Of a stretch of DNA of 64,000 nt, positions 24,901-37,246 are shown piece by piece. A program made the position numbers and the translations under genes. The notes under the pieces are model-generated. The model searched no databases, was not told the origin of the DNA, and worked only from the letters and a program-made list of their open reading frames with translations. Source of the stretch: Botryllus schlosseri (lineage: Eukaryota); the NCBI GenBank assembly GCA_051294905.1, contig CM119371.1, forward strand, positions 28,460,001 through 28,524,000. Reading direction: 5' to 3'. Within the stretch, counting starts at the first letter, position 1. Each line of letters starts with the position of its first letter.

Positions 24901-25968
24901 AGGCACACAATCCAAAGTGTGAACGAACTCTGCCGACGACACGACATCTGTCGTATCGATAAATTCTCTCACAAACAGGACAATCTCACCAATGTTTGCC
25001 AATGGCGGCATTCATGGTGATGCAGAAAATGGGCACTGGAATGAAATTGAAAAGTTCAAGAAGTAGTCTTGAAGTTTACACCCGAGGCCTGCAAACCAAA
25101 TTATAAAATTACTAAATAATATACATCTGAACCATTGCAGAGTGACTAACTAGACTAGAGCTATCCTAACCCAAATCCTAACATAACATAACCCTAACCC
25201 AACTTGACCCAAACCATTAGTCTGAAAATAATGTCTGGTTGGTGGTAACAACTGAAAAATGCCAAAAATGAGAGCTGTTACTTACATTTTATCTTTTTTC
25301 TTTTCGTCGCTCAACGACAGCTTGGAAAACCCTTCCGTGATAGAGGTACTTTTCGGTGCAGACTTTTTGACAGTAGCGCCATTTTCTCCGATGGGGCGTA
25401 AAGGCTTTTTATACGTCAGCAGTGTCCTGTGCTGGAGAAAACATCCAAAAGAATTCAGATGGATACGATAGGTATACTGTCTATAGTGTGTCCGCAGATG
25501 TCACTAGAAGGAGTGAATATTGATATCAGAAGTTGTTGATCTGGGTTGTGTTGCATTTCAAACTCTGAAATACGCCTACAATGCCAATATCATCATCTCT
25601 TTTAGATACTAACTGAGCGTGGAATGTCTTTTATTTTATTATACCAAAGAGTCTGCAAAATTAGTTCACTGGAAACTTTCCACGGAGCTTTAAGAAATAG
25701 GCATTAGGCTACCAAGTGATCTATTATATATATATGGAATCATTTTCACCTGTTTCTGCTTATTTGGTGGAGGTATCGACTTAGCACGAGTAACCGTGGC
25801 ATCATTTCTTGCATTCTTTCCGTCTTTAACTGCTGGAAGTGTCGTTTTTGCGCGTTTTTTCTTTCCTGATTTCACATTGTAAAACTCGTTACAGGCAACT
25901 GATGGAACTGACGCTATATTCGATCGTATCGTGATAACCATACCTTTTTTTCTGCGTTGCTTAGCCAT
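15575..25968 (-). CDS. SIRT3: NAD-dependent deacylase sirtuin, class I, SIRT3-like; join(25750-25968,25286-25431,24441-24605,21886-22121,20527-20627,19453-19775,17494-17560,15575-15985), about 555 aa
   Basis: Spliced exons give [39 protein letters not shown], the Zn site CTKC...[16 protein letters not shown] and GTSLEVEPF. All 7 introns are GT-AG with consistent phases (0,2,2,1,0,2,0). The SIRT3 versus SIRT2 call rests on motif resemblance only. Confidence 0.88.
16283..17096 (-). mobile_element. hAT deletion derivative retaining a dimerisation-domain remnant (relatives at ~49800-50719 and 60817-61140)
   Basis: TIR TAGGGCGATT/AATCGCTCTA and exact TSD CTGATGAC; minus-strand peptide [18 protein letters not shown]. 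Confidence 0.88.
17494..17560 (-). CDS. SIRT3: Sirtuin exon 7 ([11 protein letters not shown]...)
   Basis: Contains the class I LxxxLGW motif; acceptor ttctttccag, donor GAG|gtgata. Confidence 0.85.
17586..18521. mobile_element. TAGGGTTACCATA-family MITE with a second MITE (17598-18190) inserted in its left TIR
   Basis: Inner TIR TAGGGCAAGTTT/AAACTTGCCCTA with TSD GTCATCAT/GTTATCAT; outer right end TATGGAAACCCTA. Confidence 0.8.
19453..19775 (-). CDS. SIRT3: Sirtuin exon 6 (CRSGGLC...[12 protein letters not shown]...GTSLEVEPF...LLNRE)
   Basis: Contains conserved sirtuin motifs; acceptor ttttacag, donor AG|gtaaga. Confidence 0.95.
20037..20513. mobile_element. MITE with CATAG...CTATG termini (P-element-like)
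   Basis: About 60-bp imperfect TIR CATAGTGTCCTACAGTGG/CCACTGTAGGACACTATG; imperfect 7-bp flank GTCTAAC/CTCCAAC. Confidence 0.75.
20527..20627 (-). CDS. SIRT3: Sirtuin exon 5 ([23 protein letters not shown]; catalytic His)
   Basis: Absent from the ORF track and read manually. Acceptor gctaacag, donor AAG|gtgagt, phases 1/0. Confidence 0.93.
21089..21444. mobile_element. Charlie/Buster-like MITE
   Basis: Ends CAGTGGTTCCCAAC...GTTGGGAACCACTA; imperfect TSD CTGTAGCA/CTATAGCC. Confidence 0.7.
21886..22121 (-). CDS. SIRT3: Sirtuin exon 4 ([10 protein letters not shown]...[10 protein letters not shown])
   Basis: Contains the conserved TQNID motif; acceptor cattttcag, donor A|gtgagt. Confidence 0.95.
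22159..23120. mobile_element. hAT-type non-autonomous element
   Basis: TIR TAGGGATGGTGTGAA/TTTGCACAATCCCTA and exact TSD CAATTCAC. Confidence 0.9.
23400..23759. mobile_element. GACTCGAGTC-family MITE nested in a TAGGGCTGGGCA-family element (~23240-23940)
   Basis: Exact 8-bp TSD CTTGAAAC; the host family is uninterrupted at 45859-46291 and 59923-60438. Confidence 0.88.
24441..24605 (-). CDS. SIRT3: Sirtuin exon 3 ([20 protein letters not shown])
   Basis: Contains the NAD-binding GAGIS motif; acceptor ccctttcag, donor AG|gtaatg. Confidence 0.93.
24685..25010 (-). mobile_element. Penelope-like retroelement 3' remnant (decayed GIY-YIG endonuclease C-terminus + hammerhead-like motif)
   Basis: Minus translation [54 protein letters not shown], followed by CTGAGGA-TGGTCGCCT-GAAA. 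Confidence 0.7.
25286..25431 (-). CDS. SIRT3: Sirtuin exon 2 ([10 protein letters not shown]...EKKKDK)
   Basis: Acceptor ttttctccag and donor AT|gtaagt; 146 nt, keeps frame with its neighbours. Confidence 0.75.
25750..25968 (-). CDS. SIRT3: Sirtuin exon 1 (basic N-terminal extension, MAKQRRKK...)
   Basis: ATG at 25968 with an in-frame stop just upstream. Donor CAG|GTGAAA, phase 0, joins the next exon in frame. Confidence 0.65.
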
Positions 25969-26659
25969 TAGGTCCAACAGGGCGTGCTATCTTTTGGGCA
26001 TACAGTGTAGGCTACATGTCTACTCTGTTTATCCATTAAATGCCGGACTTTTTCCTAAATACTTAGCCCGACAAACGAGCGTCAGTGGCAACGCCAAGGT
26101 TTCTTTCTTGATATGGCTTCACGTCCGTCAACAAATCTTCAATGCTAACGAGGTCATGACCCCAACTGTCTGAAACTTCTCTATCCAAATCTACGCTAGG
26201 CTAGAATCGTTAAAATACGTTTTCTGTGTAAGCATATGTCTTTTCGTTGATATTATTTCATCATCTGGTTATATAGCGTTTGAATTAACTGGTTTCTCGG
26301 CTCCAAACATCGCATTGATGTGATTTATTTACGGAAACATATCGGTTCCTTCCATTGATATCGCCTTTTGTTTGACGTAATTGTAATCAAATACCGAATC
26401 TACGTGAAACCAGCTATTACCTTTGTTCGTGGAAATCCACTGGCGTGGACTGTGGATACCACGCTTTGCAAACTCGAAAGAAAATACCTTGAATATAAGC
26501 ATGTCTAAACACTAATTCAGTTCAGATTTTTTATAATTTGATCATTTCCAAACACTACCAGATTGCAATAGGATTGCTTGCTGTAGTCTTTCAAAAACAC
26601 ACACTTCGGCCTAGAACAGGCCAACAGGGGTATCTTTAATTATTATTATAGATGTACTC

Positions 26660-26975
26660 ACCGTAAATACTATTTTATTCAAATCAAAATTTTTTGACGG
26701 CAATAACTTTATTCGCTTCTACTGGTTGGAATTGAACCAAATTTGGTGAGAATCGTTCCTATAGACAACGTAACACATTCATGGGGTGAACGGAAAATTT
26801 ACAATTTGTTCAATATTTATATTTATATACTAAATCGAAACTTTCTTCTCCTGTACCAATGGATGACGGCTATGGAATTGAACCAAATTTGGTGTGTATA
26901 GGCTTAAATTAGGTAACCTAACCTATCAAGTAGCCAGTATGATTTGCGAAAAAAGTCATTTTTGAATGCCCCTAA
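26660..26975. repeat. Dispersed repeat with a TACTGGTTGGAATTGAACCAAATTTGG core (also 10890-11155 and 33740-34200)
   Basis: Visible alignment among three copies; termini not resolved. Confidence 0.7.
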
Positions 26976-26989
26976 TGCACAGTGTACAC

Positions 26990-27962
26990 CAGTCGTTCCC
27001 AAACTTTTTCGGTGTGAGGGCCAAATTTAGAATTTCAGAGTCCTACGGTCGGGGCCGCACGAATACTTACTACGGCTATGAAACGGACCCAAACAGTCAT
27101 CATGGGTATTTCGGAGTAGTTTTATTGCCCTGGCGAGATTTCAAAACTGTACACTGTTTACCGCTACTTATCTGCTGCATTGGGTGTCCGTTGAGTGAAT
27201 CAGCTTTTCTCGTCTAAACGCGCGAAGCGCGAGAAATTTCTTTAGTTTCATGACTGAATCGGTCAATATGATCGGGAATTGCATGTATTGCTATCAATTT
27301 TCATCTTGTCTCAGTTCACGTAATCTGATTTACCGGTAGAGCTGAGTGAGGTGTGTTTGTAAAGGTATAGGCCCGCTCAATAGGAATTAAGATGATTTGT
27401 CCTCTTTTTTGACTGTTTTTAAAGTGTCCTCGGAGGACGCCCAAATATCTTATTTTTTGAGATTTTGTCTACATTTATGAGGATTTTGGTTATATATAGG
27501 GCCAAATTCGACTGATATACATTCAGTCAGCACTGTAGGAACGCTACGGCGGCTATTTCGTAGCTAGACCGGGAAGGTTTTTTTTTTCAATGTTAAAGAA
27601 AAACTGTATTTTCCGGGAGTTGAGCCTCTTTTTCTTTTTTACTCAAGCGACCACGAGGGAGAGATTTTCCTCCGGTTTTGTAAGTTATCAATACCTATTT
27701 ATATCTATAGCTACTGCTCGTTCAACTGGAAAGTTAGGGCACATTGCATTGAAACAGCAGTGACATAACGTTAGCAGTCTATATACTCACAACTTTCCTG
27801 CAATTCTATAATTAAAAACCATAGAGGTCAAGTCAAGCAAGAGTATTTTATAAATATATATTTTATTTTTTTCAATAATCGATTTCCTAATATATTTTGG
27901 GGCCGCAAGAAGGCTCTCTGCGGGCCGCATGCGGCCCTCAGGGCCGCACTTGGGAATCACTG
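26990..27962. mobile_element. Buster-type MITE containing fragments of other MITE families
   Basis: TIR CAGTCGTTCCCAA/TTGGGAATCACTG and exact TSD GTGTACAC. Confidence 0.85.
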
Positions 27963-29187
27963 GTGTACACTGAATGAAAAGTGAAAGAAGATATAATATA
28001 TTAGGCTTTAAGCGACAAAAATGAGGTGGTATGTCAAGGAATAAGGCGATATCGATAGGTCAGGTCGGATTTTTTGTGCGAAGAGACTGTGTCAGCATTG
28101 CGCACCTTAGATGGAACTTTAATTGCCTGTAAAGCACCGTACGAAACGAACGAAATTCTCTGGAGCATCCAATTAAGCTTCCGAGACAAATCAAGCATTT
28201 TTGCCAAACATTATTTTAATTTCGGCTCTAAGAATGTTTGCTGTAGCATGCTTGTTGACTCAAAAAGTATTTTGTACTATATCCACCATCTTAAATCATG
28301 TTTAAAAAATACTAACGCTATACTCGGTATAAGAATTTCTTGGCTCCCGACCTCGAACGTTGGTAAGAGAAGTACTGAGAAGCTTATAGTCAGAGAATAT
28401 ACGGTATGCACTGAAATTCCTAATTAATTTTTACTATACAGGCCTTGCAAAGCAGAGTAGATATACTTTTCAGAGTCCATCAAGCAAAGATAAATATAGT
28501 CAACACTTGTTCTGCATTCTGCTGTAGCACCTAGCTTAAATACCGCTTTTGCAATGCTTTTTGACGTGTCGACTGGCTTCCATACAGAATCTTCACCTGT
28601 GAAAGCAAAAAACGATCACGCACTCGACCAAGTTCATAGTGAAATGAATTTAGGGTGGACAAACCGCGGTCTAAATCGATCTATATAGCAACTGTTCGAA
28701 TCTCTCTGTCAATGCCAAAATCGTGTGCGTGACGTTCCGATGGTTACGCAGAATTTCGCATCGCAATATGGACGCATAAAACGGCTGCGCGTGAGTGTTG
28801 ATATCCTTCTATAAATCGATTGCAGTGAATATGAAAAAGCCCATGCAGTGAAGGTGAGCCGAGCCAAAAGTCGGCAGCAAAGACTCAAAATACAGACGCA
28901 CGAATAACGAGAGTGACTGATGGCGGAAGAGCGCGAGTATGAAAGTCGTCCGTAATATGCCAAAAATACCGCAAAGACACTGATGTTTATGATATTACCG
29001 TGCTGGGCGCGAATGACCTTATAGGCGATAAGCGCCAATGTGGTGAATAAAACAAACAAGCAAACTGCTAGAATCTCGTTGTGAATGTCAAAATCGTGTG
29101 TGTGACTTTGCGACGGTTAGGCTACGCAGAATTCCGCATCGCAAAGGACCAAAAACGACTGCGCGTGAGTGTTGATATAGCCTATAT

Positions 29188-29498
29188 TAGGTTTACCATA
29201 CGTCCTCTTTTAAGAGGATTTGTCCTCTTTTTTGATTTTTTTGAAAGTGTCCTCGGAGGACGCCCTTTTGTCCTCTTTTTTGAGATATTTGGTCATTATA
29301 GCAAAATCCGACTGAGATGCCGTAAATCAGCACCGAAATGACGCCCCGACGGGTATTTCGGGAGCCGAGCGGAAAGATGACCTGTTTTAGTCGACCGACC
29401 ACCAAATAAGTGGGTAAAATTTACCGCTCCTCCGGTTTTGCAAGTCTGAAAATTCTGAAAAAGTGTTCTCTTTTTAGATTTACAATATGGTAACCCTA
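29188..29498. mobile_element. TAGGGTTACCATA-family MITE (also 54191-54478 and 61148-61511)
   Basis: TIR TAGGTTTACCATA/TATGGTAACCCTA with TSD GCCTATAT/GCCGATAT; the copy at 54191 has CTATTAGC/TTATTAGC. Confidence 0.85.
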
Positions 29499-32400
29499 GC
29501 CGATATCCTTGTACAAATCGGTAATCTTTTTCATTCAAATGACGAATCGCATGCATGGTGCATTGTTGAAACCAGAACATTTTGCGTTTAGGAACAAAAT
29601 ATAACAAGATATTGTTAACCATCGAACCCTTACGTGGTTTCTGCAATTTGTGACGCGCGATTATCAAGCGCCAAATCGCCCAAATCTCATATCCTCATAG
29701 TTTTGTACATTTTATGTTGATTTTCTTTGAAGTATAAAAATAATTTTAGGGACAGGTTTATTGAGCTTGAATACTTTTCCTCGCGCTGTGAGGGATAATT
29801 TTAGGTAGTATATATCACCAAAAAACGAATCGCATTATTAGCGATCGCTTGCAACCGCCGATAAATACATATGCCAAACATGTGGCACGCATGCGTGAAT
29901 GCCATTCATGTGCGTGCAAATAATTTTTCCCTGCGGGATGGCATTGGCCTTGTGTGGTACGAATTGCCAGGACAGGAACTTTCTGTGCCAGCCATTTAGT
30001 GGCCTAGGGACAATTAAAGATGTAATTCTATATTTATCGTAGTTTTCGGTCATGATGGCAGTCCTTTTCGGCCAAGTTTTCTCGCTGCCGATCTTTCTGG
30101 CACACTTCTCGGAGTCGCATGTTACATGGCCTAAAACTTCATATATATATTACTTGGTGCGCGTCGCGGTGATGGACGACGCCGAAATGTCCATTTCTGG
30201 GAGCCATGCGTATTTTTTCCTGGGGGACCGCGTGTACCCAATAATCAAGATATTTTCCATTAAATCACGCATAGCGCGAGAATGTTTTGAAAAAGTTGCT
30301 TAAATTTTCGAAAAGTGCTTTATCATTTATGTTACTTCACGAAATAATTTTGGGCCACCTTCGAGCTCGTCCCCCAATTGGGGGTTCGGGGTGCGGTCAT
30401 TTGATATCATGACAGCTAGCTTATAAATGGAGGAGACTAATCCGCTCTGGAGAGCCTTTTAAATTTAGAGTGTAGATGTCGATCGACATAGATGAAGTCG
30501 AACGTATCAATGCAGCACGCCGGACCCCTGAGACTGACATCGGTAATCACAGGGATTCGCGCAACCCCCGGTCAAGAACCACTGCTCTAAACTCTTCCCA
30601 ACGTAAATAACCGGATATTCGAAAATGAATCGATTCATCCACTTAGACGCCCTTCTCGATCTCGCCCAGCCCTAACCCTGATATATAATTCTGCATAATT
30701 TATCGCTTGTGCTTGCAAACATCGATTCGGCGCCTTCTTCAATGCCTTTTACCACATACCCCAACCCAAAGCCCTTGATAATGTTCGCATTTAGAGTAAT
30801 ACCGATTTACTTCAATCCACAAGCCGAAGAAAACGAACCTGAGCAGTTCACCGATATTCGAAAGGAAAGGACAAAACAAAACGAGGAAAATAGATATAAA
30901 TTGCTCGCATGACGGCTAAACGAAGGCACGAAAACGATATAATAAAACCACCGTCCGCCCTCCGGAGAGTCAGCGGATCAAACCCGACACCGGAAATTGC
31001 TTTCAAACGTACCGCCCTTCGAAACAGTGCGCCAACACAAAAAATTGCTTCACAATTGCGATATTCGACCTATCGCAAGACAGTACAGAGCATATCTTGT
31101 ACCCGCGCCGATGACGTCCCCGTAACGGACAACGATTGCCCGAAGTAGATAATCAGACCGACATAACGGACTATGGAAATTGCCATCGCATAACTGAAGG
31201 CTATGCCGCGCCGTCGCCAGCATAACTTACGTTCCAGTCGGCGCAGTGTGACGGAATACAGGATAGTTTATCCAGCAGCGTGATGTCATAACGCGACCAG
31301 AACGGACATAATAACACATTGCGACACGGCCTTGGAAATATCAAAAAAAGTTATCGCGCTAAGTGGGACACTTGCGAAACAGCGCCATTTAAATACGAGT
31401 TTACCATCTGATAAATAGAAAGGAAATAATGTGCTTGGTATCAGTCCGTGCAAATAGCCAGCTCATGCGTGTTTAGAAGACTTATAGGTTACGCGGCAAA
31501 TTGGTGTGATGCTGTGTCCATCAAAAACAATAAATTACCTACACTCGCGAGAATCATATCCAAACAGTAGAACGATATGGCGTTCAAAGACGAAACAGAA
31601 TCGAGGACAAGTGAACTTCTTGCCAGAGATTACAAAGCGCACATGATTATAATGAGTGTAACAGAGAATTTTTAGCGGGGTAATTTGGAAATAAAATCAG
31701 AGCCCACTTATCTACAGTGAGGCAAATAAGTGGAATCCAGAAAAATCGTGGGGTAAACCAAATCGATGAACCTGACCAGTTTACTGAGTGTCTTCATACC
31801 ATCATGTTCACGTCCAAAATGAACGCTAAATGATATTATTAAATCCGTTGAATATGTAGTCCCACACCATTTTCATACTCAACTGTACTGATGGGCAGGC
31901 CAGTATTATCAAATCTGTCCTAATCGGTGGATGATACATGTACGGCGGTTCGTATTTTGACACTTGAAAGCAAATTAATTTGACACAAAAACAACGTATT
32001 GCAATATAAACTATATACACACAGAGTAAGTGATATGAAAAGACATGAATAATGGCGCGGTTTTCGGTGGCATGGGTGAGTTTTAGTGACGAATCACTGT
32101 AGTGAAGAGTGTGATAAATGCAAGTTCAAAAGTACACGCCGTGAAACACCCATGTGCATGAGCAGAACAGCTAATGGCTGTATCACATTTCAATCCACCT
32201 AAAGAGGTTTGCGGATTGAGTAAAAGTCAAAATCCATGAAGAAAAATATTTTGAACTTACCAAGATATTGGATTCATTGATTCATTCAAAATCGACAATC
32301 TCAAAAATAGCTGCATAACAGGTGAAAATTGCATTGCAATTGTGCTTACGGCGTTTTTACCACAAAAGTATACGACATGACACTAAGAATTTACCTAGAT

Positions 32401-34582
32401 ACTTCTAGTTGTCTTAATTAGACTAATCAGAGAAAAATGGTGGTAATCGTATTTTAATCTAATTTCTGCATTTCATGAAAATGCTACGGGAGAACTGCGA
32501 AACTAATGTGAAACAAGCCAAGCTTGTTGTACACACATTTGCCAATCTCTTGCTTATGAAAATGAGCTGATTTGATACAAATGGAATTTGATTTAATTTA
32601 CAGTTGTAACGAAGTCACTAATTAAAATTCTCGTCTAATTTGGAAAAAAAACTGTTTACTTATAATTATAATCGAATTTGAAAAACATAAAATTTTCTAG
32701 TTTTCCGACCCCGATGACACCCATTCACAGAAACGATCTTGTCATATGACCCCTTTGTAATAAATTCCCGAACTAAGATGACGTCAAGACAATATCCTAT
32801 GGCGACATCTGACATGACAATACTATTATTTCCAGGCTTAAACTGATATTCGCGGAAGAATAACACGTCATCATCAACAGCAGGTTATCGCTGGTAGGTA
32901 ACATTGATTTGAACATATTCAAAAATTATGTAGAAAACGCAAAAGACTTGTGTACCCATGATTAGCGCGCAACTTTTTTGCACTCACAACATGCATCCCA
33001 CCGTTAAATTCAGTCGTATATGCGCGTTTGCATTTGCCCCACCAAAAATTATGTACTGACTCGCGTTACTGCCTTGGCAAATGCATGAGACGGAGTCAAG
33101 TTTCATGAACAAGACATGGTAGGATGCGTGCACACTGCACAGCAGTCTCGAATAGAAATCATTGTGTATGATCGAAATTGCCTACATTGCACGGAACACG
33201 CGGAAACGGAGACACAAGACGGATATCGATTCTCGAATTACGAGAGGGGTAAACGGCGGCGATGAAATAAGAATATATAATGCTGTGAAGTCGTATTTTA
33301 TCTATTGAGCACGAGATACAAGAAAAACTACAAACTGCTTTTACCCTTTGATTGCGATTTTCGACAGCACTACACCGTGCGATTTTTGGGTATGGCTGGG
33401 TAACATGATTCGAATATTCGAACCTTAATCAAGTAGCAATTCGACTAGTGAGTGATCATCATACGCCCCTTTTCACTAGAGCATATTACCAACTAGAATT
33501 ATAGTTTAGATATGCTTTTTATCCAACGCAGAATCCTTCAAAGCTCGATTTAACGTGACACAGCATCCAAAACATAGCTACGCACATGATCGGAATTGAC
33601 ATCTCTGTGAAGTAGTGATCAACCCACAGGCCACAGTATTGTCACAAAATGCAATGAAAAAGGTGTGGCCGAAAAATATTGTAGTTTAGGGCTGGGAACT
33701 GACATAATAGGGATCCACTGATTATATTGTTAGGTTGCCAAAAAAAAACGCCGCACAACAAATTTGCGTCAATTCAAACCAGTATACGCCGAGGCGGAGC
33801 GAATTCTAATTTTTGAATTTATTATAAAAATTTCAAATTTTACTGTCAACCCCATGAAATTGTTAACCTGTCAACAAGAACGATGCAAAACAAATTTGAC
33901 GCAATTCCAAGCCCCAGAAGCGAAGTTATTTGAGTTTTTCATTCATAATTCTGGGATTTTTCAACGTGAATGCTATTTTTGCAAATTATCCAAAACTTTC
34001 AACTGCGATAATTGCGCTTCTACCGGCCGAAATTCGGTCAAATTTGTTTTGCATCGTTTTTGTAGACAGCTTAATAACGTCACGGGGTTGACAGTCAAAT
34101 TAGAGAAACTTTATTTTTTATTCTAAATCCAAAAAATTTCAATTCGCCCTGTGTCGGCGTGTACTGGTTGGAATTGAGCCAGATTTGGTGTGCCCTAATG
34201 TGCGTATTTGAATATTACATATCACCCATACTCTTATGACATCATGATTAGCGATACTCGAACACTCGAAGCGCAGTACTTGATTCAGATTCGAATCGCT
34301 CAGGAACTCGTTCTTGCCCCGATCTACTTTCGGGGCATAATTGATAACTATCAACGAAAAAATAAACAGCAAAAAGGGTGTGCCACCAAGTTGGCAATTT
34401 TTTAGGGGGGAAGTGGAACCGAAAACAGGATCCGAATTTCGAAAATGTTAAATTACTGCCCAAAAAATGACGATACGAAAAAATTCCAGCCATCACCGGA
34501 TTCGTACTTGATTTCAGACACGGCACCAAAATCGTATCGACTTGAAATCGAATTAGAATCTAAAACCCTCAAACAACCCCGG

Positions 34583-37246
34583 TTACACCCTCAGCTCTTT
34601 TTTAATCTTATGAATAGTCCGCTCGTCCAAAGTGCACAAGTCAAAATCGAGATAGTCGTTGTTACGCAGCAGTTTCTGCTGTTTGTCCACGATACGCGCT
34701 ATCTTACAAAGCCTGTCCACGTCTGTAACGTAGGACAAGCGTCTCTGCAGGTCCTGCAGATCGCGGTACAGCTCCTGGGTCATGTGCGGATACTTTTGCG
34801 CCGCCCCAGTATCGACTAATATGTCCGGTCGAGCCGGGGTTTCGTCTTCGAACGCGGCATCGTGGGCGTCTTCGAAAGGCTTATCGACAGGCGACCCGAA
34901 TTCTTCCTCGTCGGAGGACATGTACAAATCATCAGCCTCTGGGTCAGGGGCTGGTGAACTATACTGCGGGCTCTTTTTGGTGTCACTAATACCTTGACCA
35001 GCGTGGGCTGGTAGGTCCTCGGTATTACCATGCTCAGAATCTGATGTGTCATCTCGACTCTGTAGATTCGCGTCTTGATACCCTGGCACTGTCCCAGGGT
35101 CGTCTGGGTAATGGTCAATCGGCGATAAGGCCCGACCAGGCGCGACGTTACTCTCGCTGATTTTTTGCAATTCATCCTCGTCAGACGTGCTTGAAGACGA
35201 TGGAGCATGACTCGGCGTGTTTTCGGAAGGTTCCGAAGAGCTGGCTGATGATCGTGACGATGTAGAACCAGACCTGTGGCGTCCCACAGGGATAGGGTCT
35301 GGTTCTATCCGGGGCACGCTAGTCTCGAATCTACCCACTGGGTCATCGCAGTCGCTACTAGAGTCCGTGTCGATAAATGATCGCGATTTCTGCGCTTTTT
35401 CCGTTTTCATCTTCTCAGGCTTTTGATGGCTCTTTTTCAAAGATTTCTCTCTCACTGGAGACGTTTTCCGCGACCGTTTCTCTTTACCGTACCCGGAAGA
35501 CGAAGACTTACTCGGTTTGGAGCCCGCATCTCGATTTTCCGATTTCAAAGTGCCGCCGATGACAGGCTGACTCTCCGATTTCACCACGTCATTGTCTATC
35601 TTCGTTTTCGACTTCACTTTATCGGATTTATCGCGAGACGAGCGCTTCTCTTTCTTCGCTTTACGTTGAGCGTGTTCGTCCTTACTCGATTTCGAGACTA
35701 CGACCGGACTCTGGCGTGGTTTCGGAGACTCTGACCGGCCAGCCTTGTCCTTGACTCTCGAAACAGTGGGAGATTCCTTCCTGAAATTACTCTTATCAAA
35801 CTTCAACTTTTCCGGTTTAGTCACAATCTGCCCGCTCGATTTTCGGTCGGATTTACCGGACCGGGTAGGGCTGTCACCGGCAAGTTTAGACGATTTCACC
35901 TTCTTTTCCACCTTCACAATTGGTTTTTGTCTTTCGGGCGATGATTCCGGGGAGATATCCATGTCGCTCTCAGACGACGAAACTATGGCGACGCGCTTGA
36001 CCGGTTCCTCCTTTTTGACCTTCGCCACGTCCGGATTCTCTTTGGGCCGCTTTTTGTGACTTTTAGAGATTTCCTCTTTTGGCGTTCGGATTTTGTCGCG
36101 TTTTTCCGAAGACCGTTCTTTCCTGACACTGTCTCTGTCTTTTGACGCTGATATCCTGTCCTTTTTAATCTTCAAAGTCAAGTTCCCGGCAGGGGATGAC
36201 TTCGACGGAGGTGCCTGGACACGTTCTTCTGTACGTGGCGAATCCACGTGCCTCACCGGGGTCAAGTTTGCGGACAGCTTGTCTTTTTTCACCTTAACGT
36301 CGACCAATTCCGCTTTGATTTTGTCTTTTGACTGCTTGATTTGAGTCATATTGATGCTGTTTTCAGGGGCGAACAGCCCCGCCATTAAATCGGGTTTGTC
36401 TTTGATTTTGCGGGACTTCTCTTTTTTCGCGGGATTCAGGACAGGCACGTTTAGAGTTTTCGGACGGGCGTCTTGCGGGCTGGGGGACGCATGTTTTTTC
36501 TTTTTCTTTTTACCGCTGACATGGTCGGAAGCGGATCGTTTTTTATCGGAACGGCCGCGTTCCAGTCGAGACGCATCCCCCGGACTGTCCCTGCCGGTTT
36601 TTGAAGATTCGGGCGCTTTAGGGTGCTTGAATTCTTCCTCGTGACGCTTGATGTCTTTCGCCGCGATACGCGCGGTGGACCTCTTTTTATCTCCATGTTT
36701 GCTCGAGCTGCTCTCACGTTTTTTGGAGTGCTCTCTGGATTTCTGGCGGTCCTTTTTCGGGGACATGCCGCCGGTTCTGGGCCGGTCTTTTGACGAATGC
36801 CTCTCGGGGGATTCTATCAGCACGGCGCCCGCGGCCAGCAGCTTTTTACGAAAATCTTCCGTGGGATTAGTGAAAGTCAGCTTTTCAAGCCGGTTATGAT
36901 TGACGGGCGGCATCGAATCCATCAGCAAAAACAAATCGTAATCGAACAGGACCTTTTTGGGGTCCTCCTGATTCCGAAAGTACAACTCGATTGGCATGTT
37001 GAAACCTGCGAATCCAGAATTCTCGACTTTATAAGGCGGTTGCTTTATGACCCGTCTTGGCTGGTCGTAAGAATTGTGCAGATTAAACACGACCTTTTCC
37101 ACGAAATGCCGTAGCGAAACGCCGTCGGCCCCTTTCACGTACACCATCCAATCGTGGGTATGACCCTCTTCGTTGGGCTCGTCTCGTATCTTCGCACGGT
37201 GCCCCAGTTCGATTTTCACGGCCACAGTGGTTTCTTTCGCCGCCAT
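34583..37246 (-). CDS. MLLT3: ENL/AF9 family protein (N-terminal YEATS domain, Lys/Ser-rich linker, C-terminal AHD domain), 887 aa, intronless CDS
   Basis: YEATS signature THDWMVYV...[13 protein letters not shown]...[13 protein letters not shown] and C-terminal [15 protein letters not shown]. An acceptor (ttttttttcgcag) lies at 37305-37317 in the 5'UTR. Likely co-ortholog of MLLT1/MLLT3. Confidence 0.95.
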   Translation of the reverse strand: MAAKETTVAVKIELGHRAKIRDEPNEEGHTHDWMVYVKGADGVSLRHFVEKVVFNLHNSYDQPRRVIKQPPYKVENSGFAGFNMPIELYFRNQEDPKKVLFDYDLFLLMDSMPPVNHNRLEKLTFTNPTEDFRKKLLAAGAVLIESPERHSSKDRPRTGGMSPKKDRQKSREHSKKRESSSSKHGDKKRSTARIAAKDIKRHEEEFKHPKAPESSKTGRDSPGDASRLERGRSDKKRSASDHVSGKKKKKKHASPSPQDARPKTLNVPVLNPAKKEKSRKIKDKPDLMAGLFAPENSINMTQIKQSKDKIKAELVDVKVKKDKLSANLTPVRHVDSPRTEERVQAPPSKSSPAGNLTLKIKKDRISASKDRDSVRKERSSEKRDKIRTPKEEISKSHKKRPKENPDVAKVKKEEPVKRVAIVSSSESDMDISPESSPERQKPIVKVEKKVKSSKLAGDSPTRSGKSDRKSSGQIVTKPEKLKFDKSNFRKESPTVSRVKDKAGRSESPKPRQSPVVVSKSSKDEHAQRKAKKEKRSSRDKSDKVKSKTKIDNDVVKSESQPVIGGTLKSENRDAGSKPSKSSSSGYGKEKRSRKTSPVREKSLKKSHQKPEKMKTEKAQKSRSFIDTDSSSDCDDPVGRFETSVPRIEPDPIPVGRHRSGSTSSRSSASSSEPSENTPSHAPSSSSTSDEDELQKISESNVAPGRALSPIDHYPDDPGTVPGYQDANLQSRDDTSDSEHGNTEDLPAHAGQGISDTKKSPQYSSPAPDPEADDLYMSSDEEEFGSPVDKPFEDAHDAAFEDETPARPDILVDTGAAQKYPHMTQELYRDLQDLQRRLSYVTDVDRLCKIARIVDKQQKLLRNNDYLDFDLCTLDERTIHKIKKELRV

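Noticed and set aside
34445..37114. Many overlapping ORFs opposite or within ENL, the ZNFs, the sirtuin and MAEL
   Set aside because: These are shadow frames of real coding sequence with no independent domain features.
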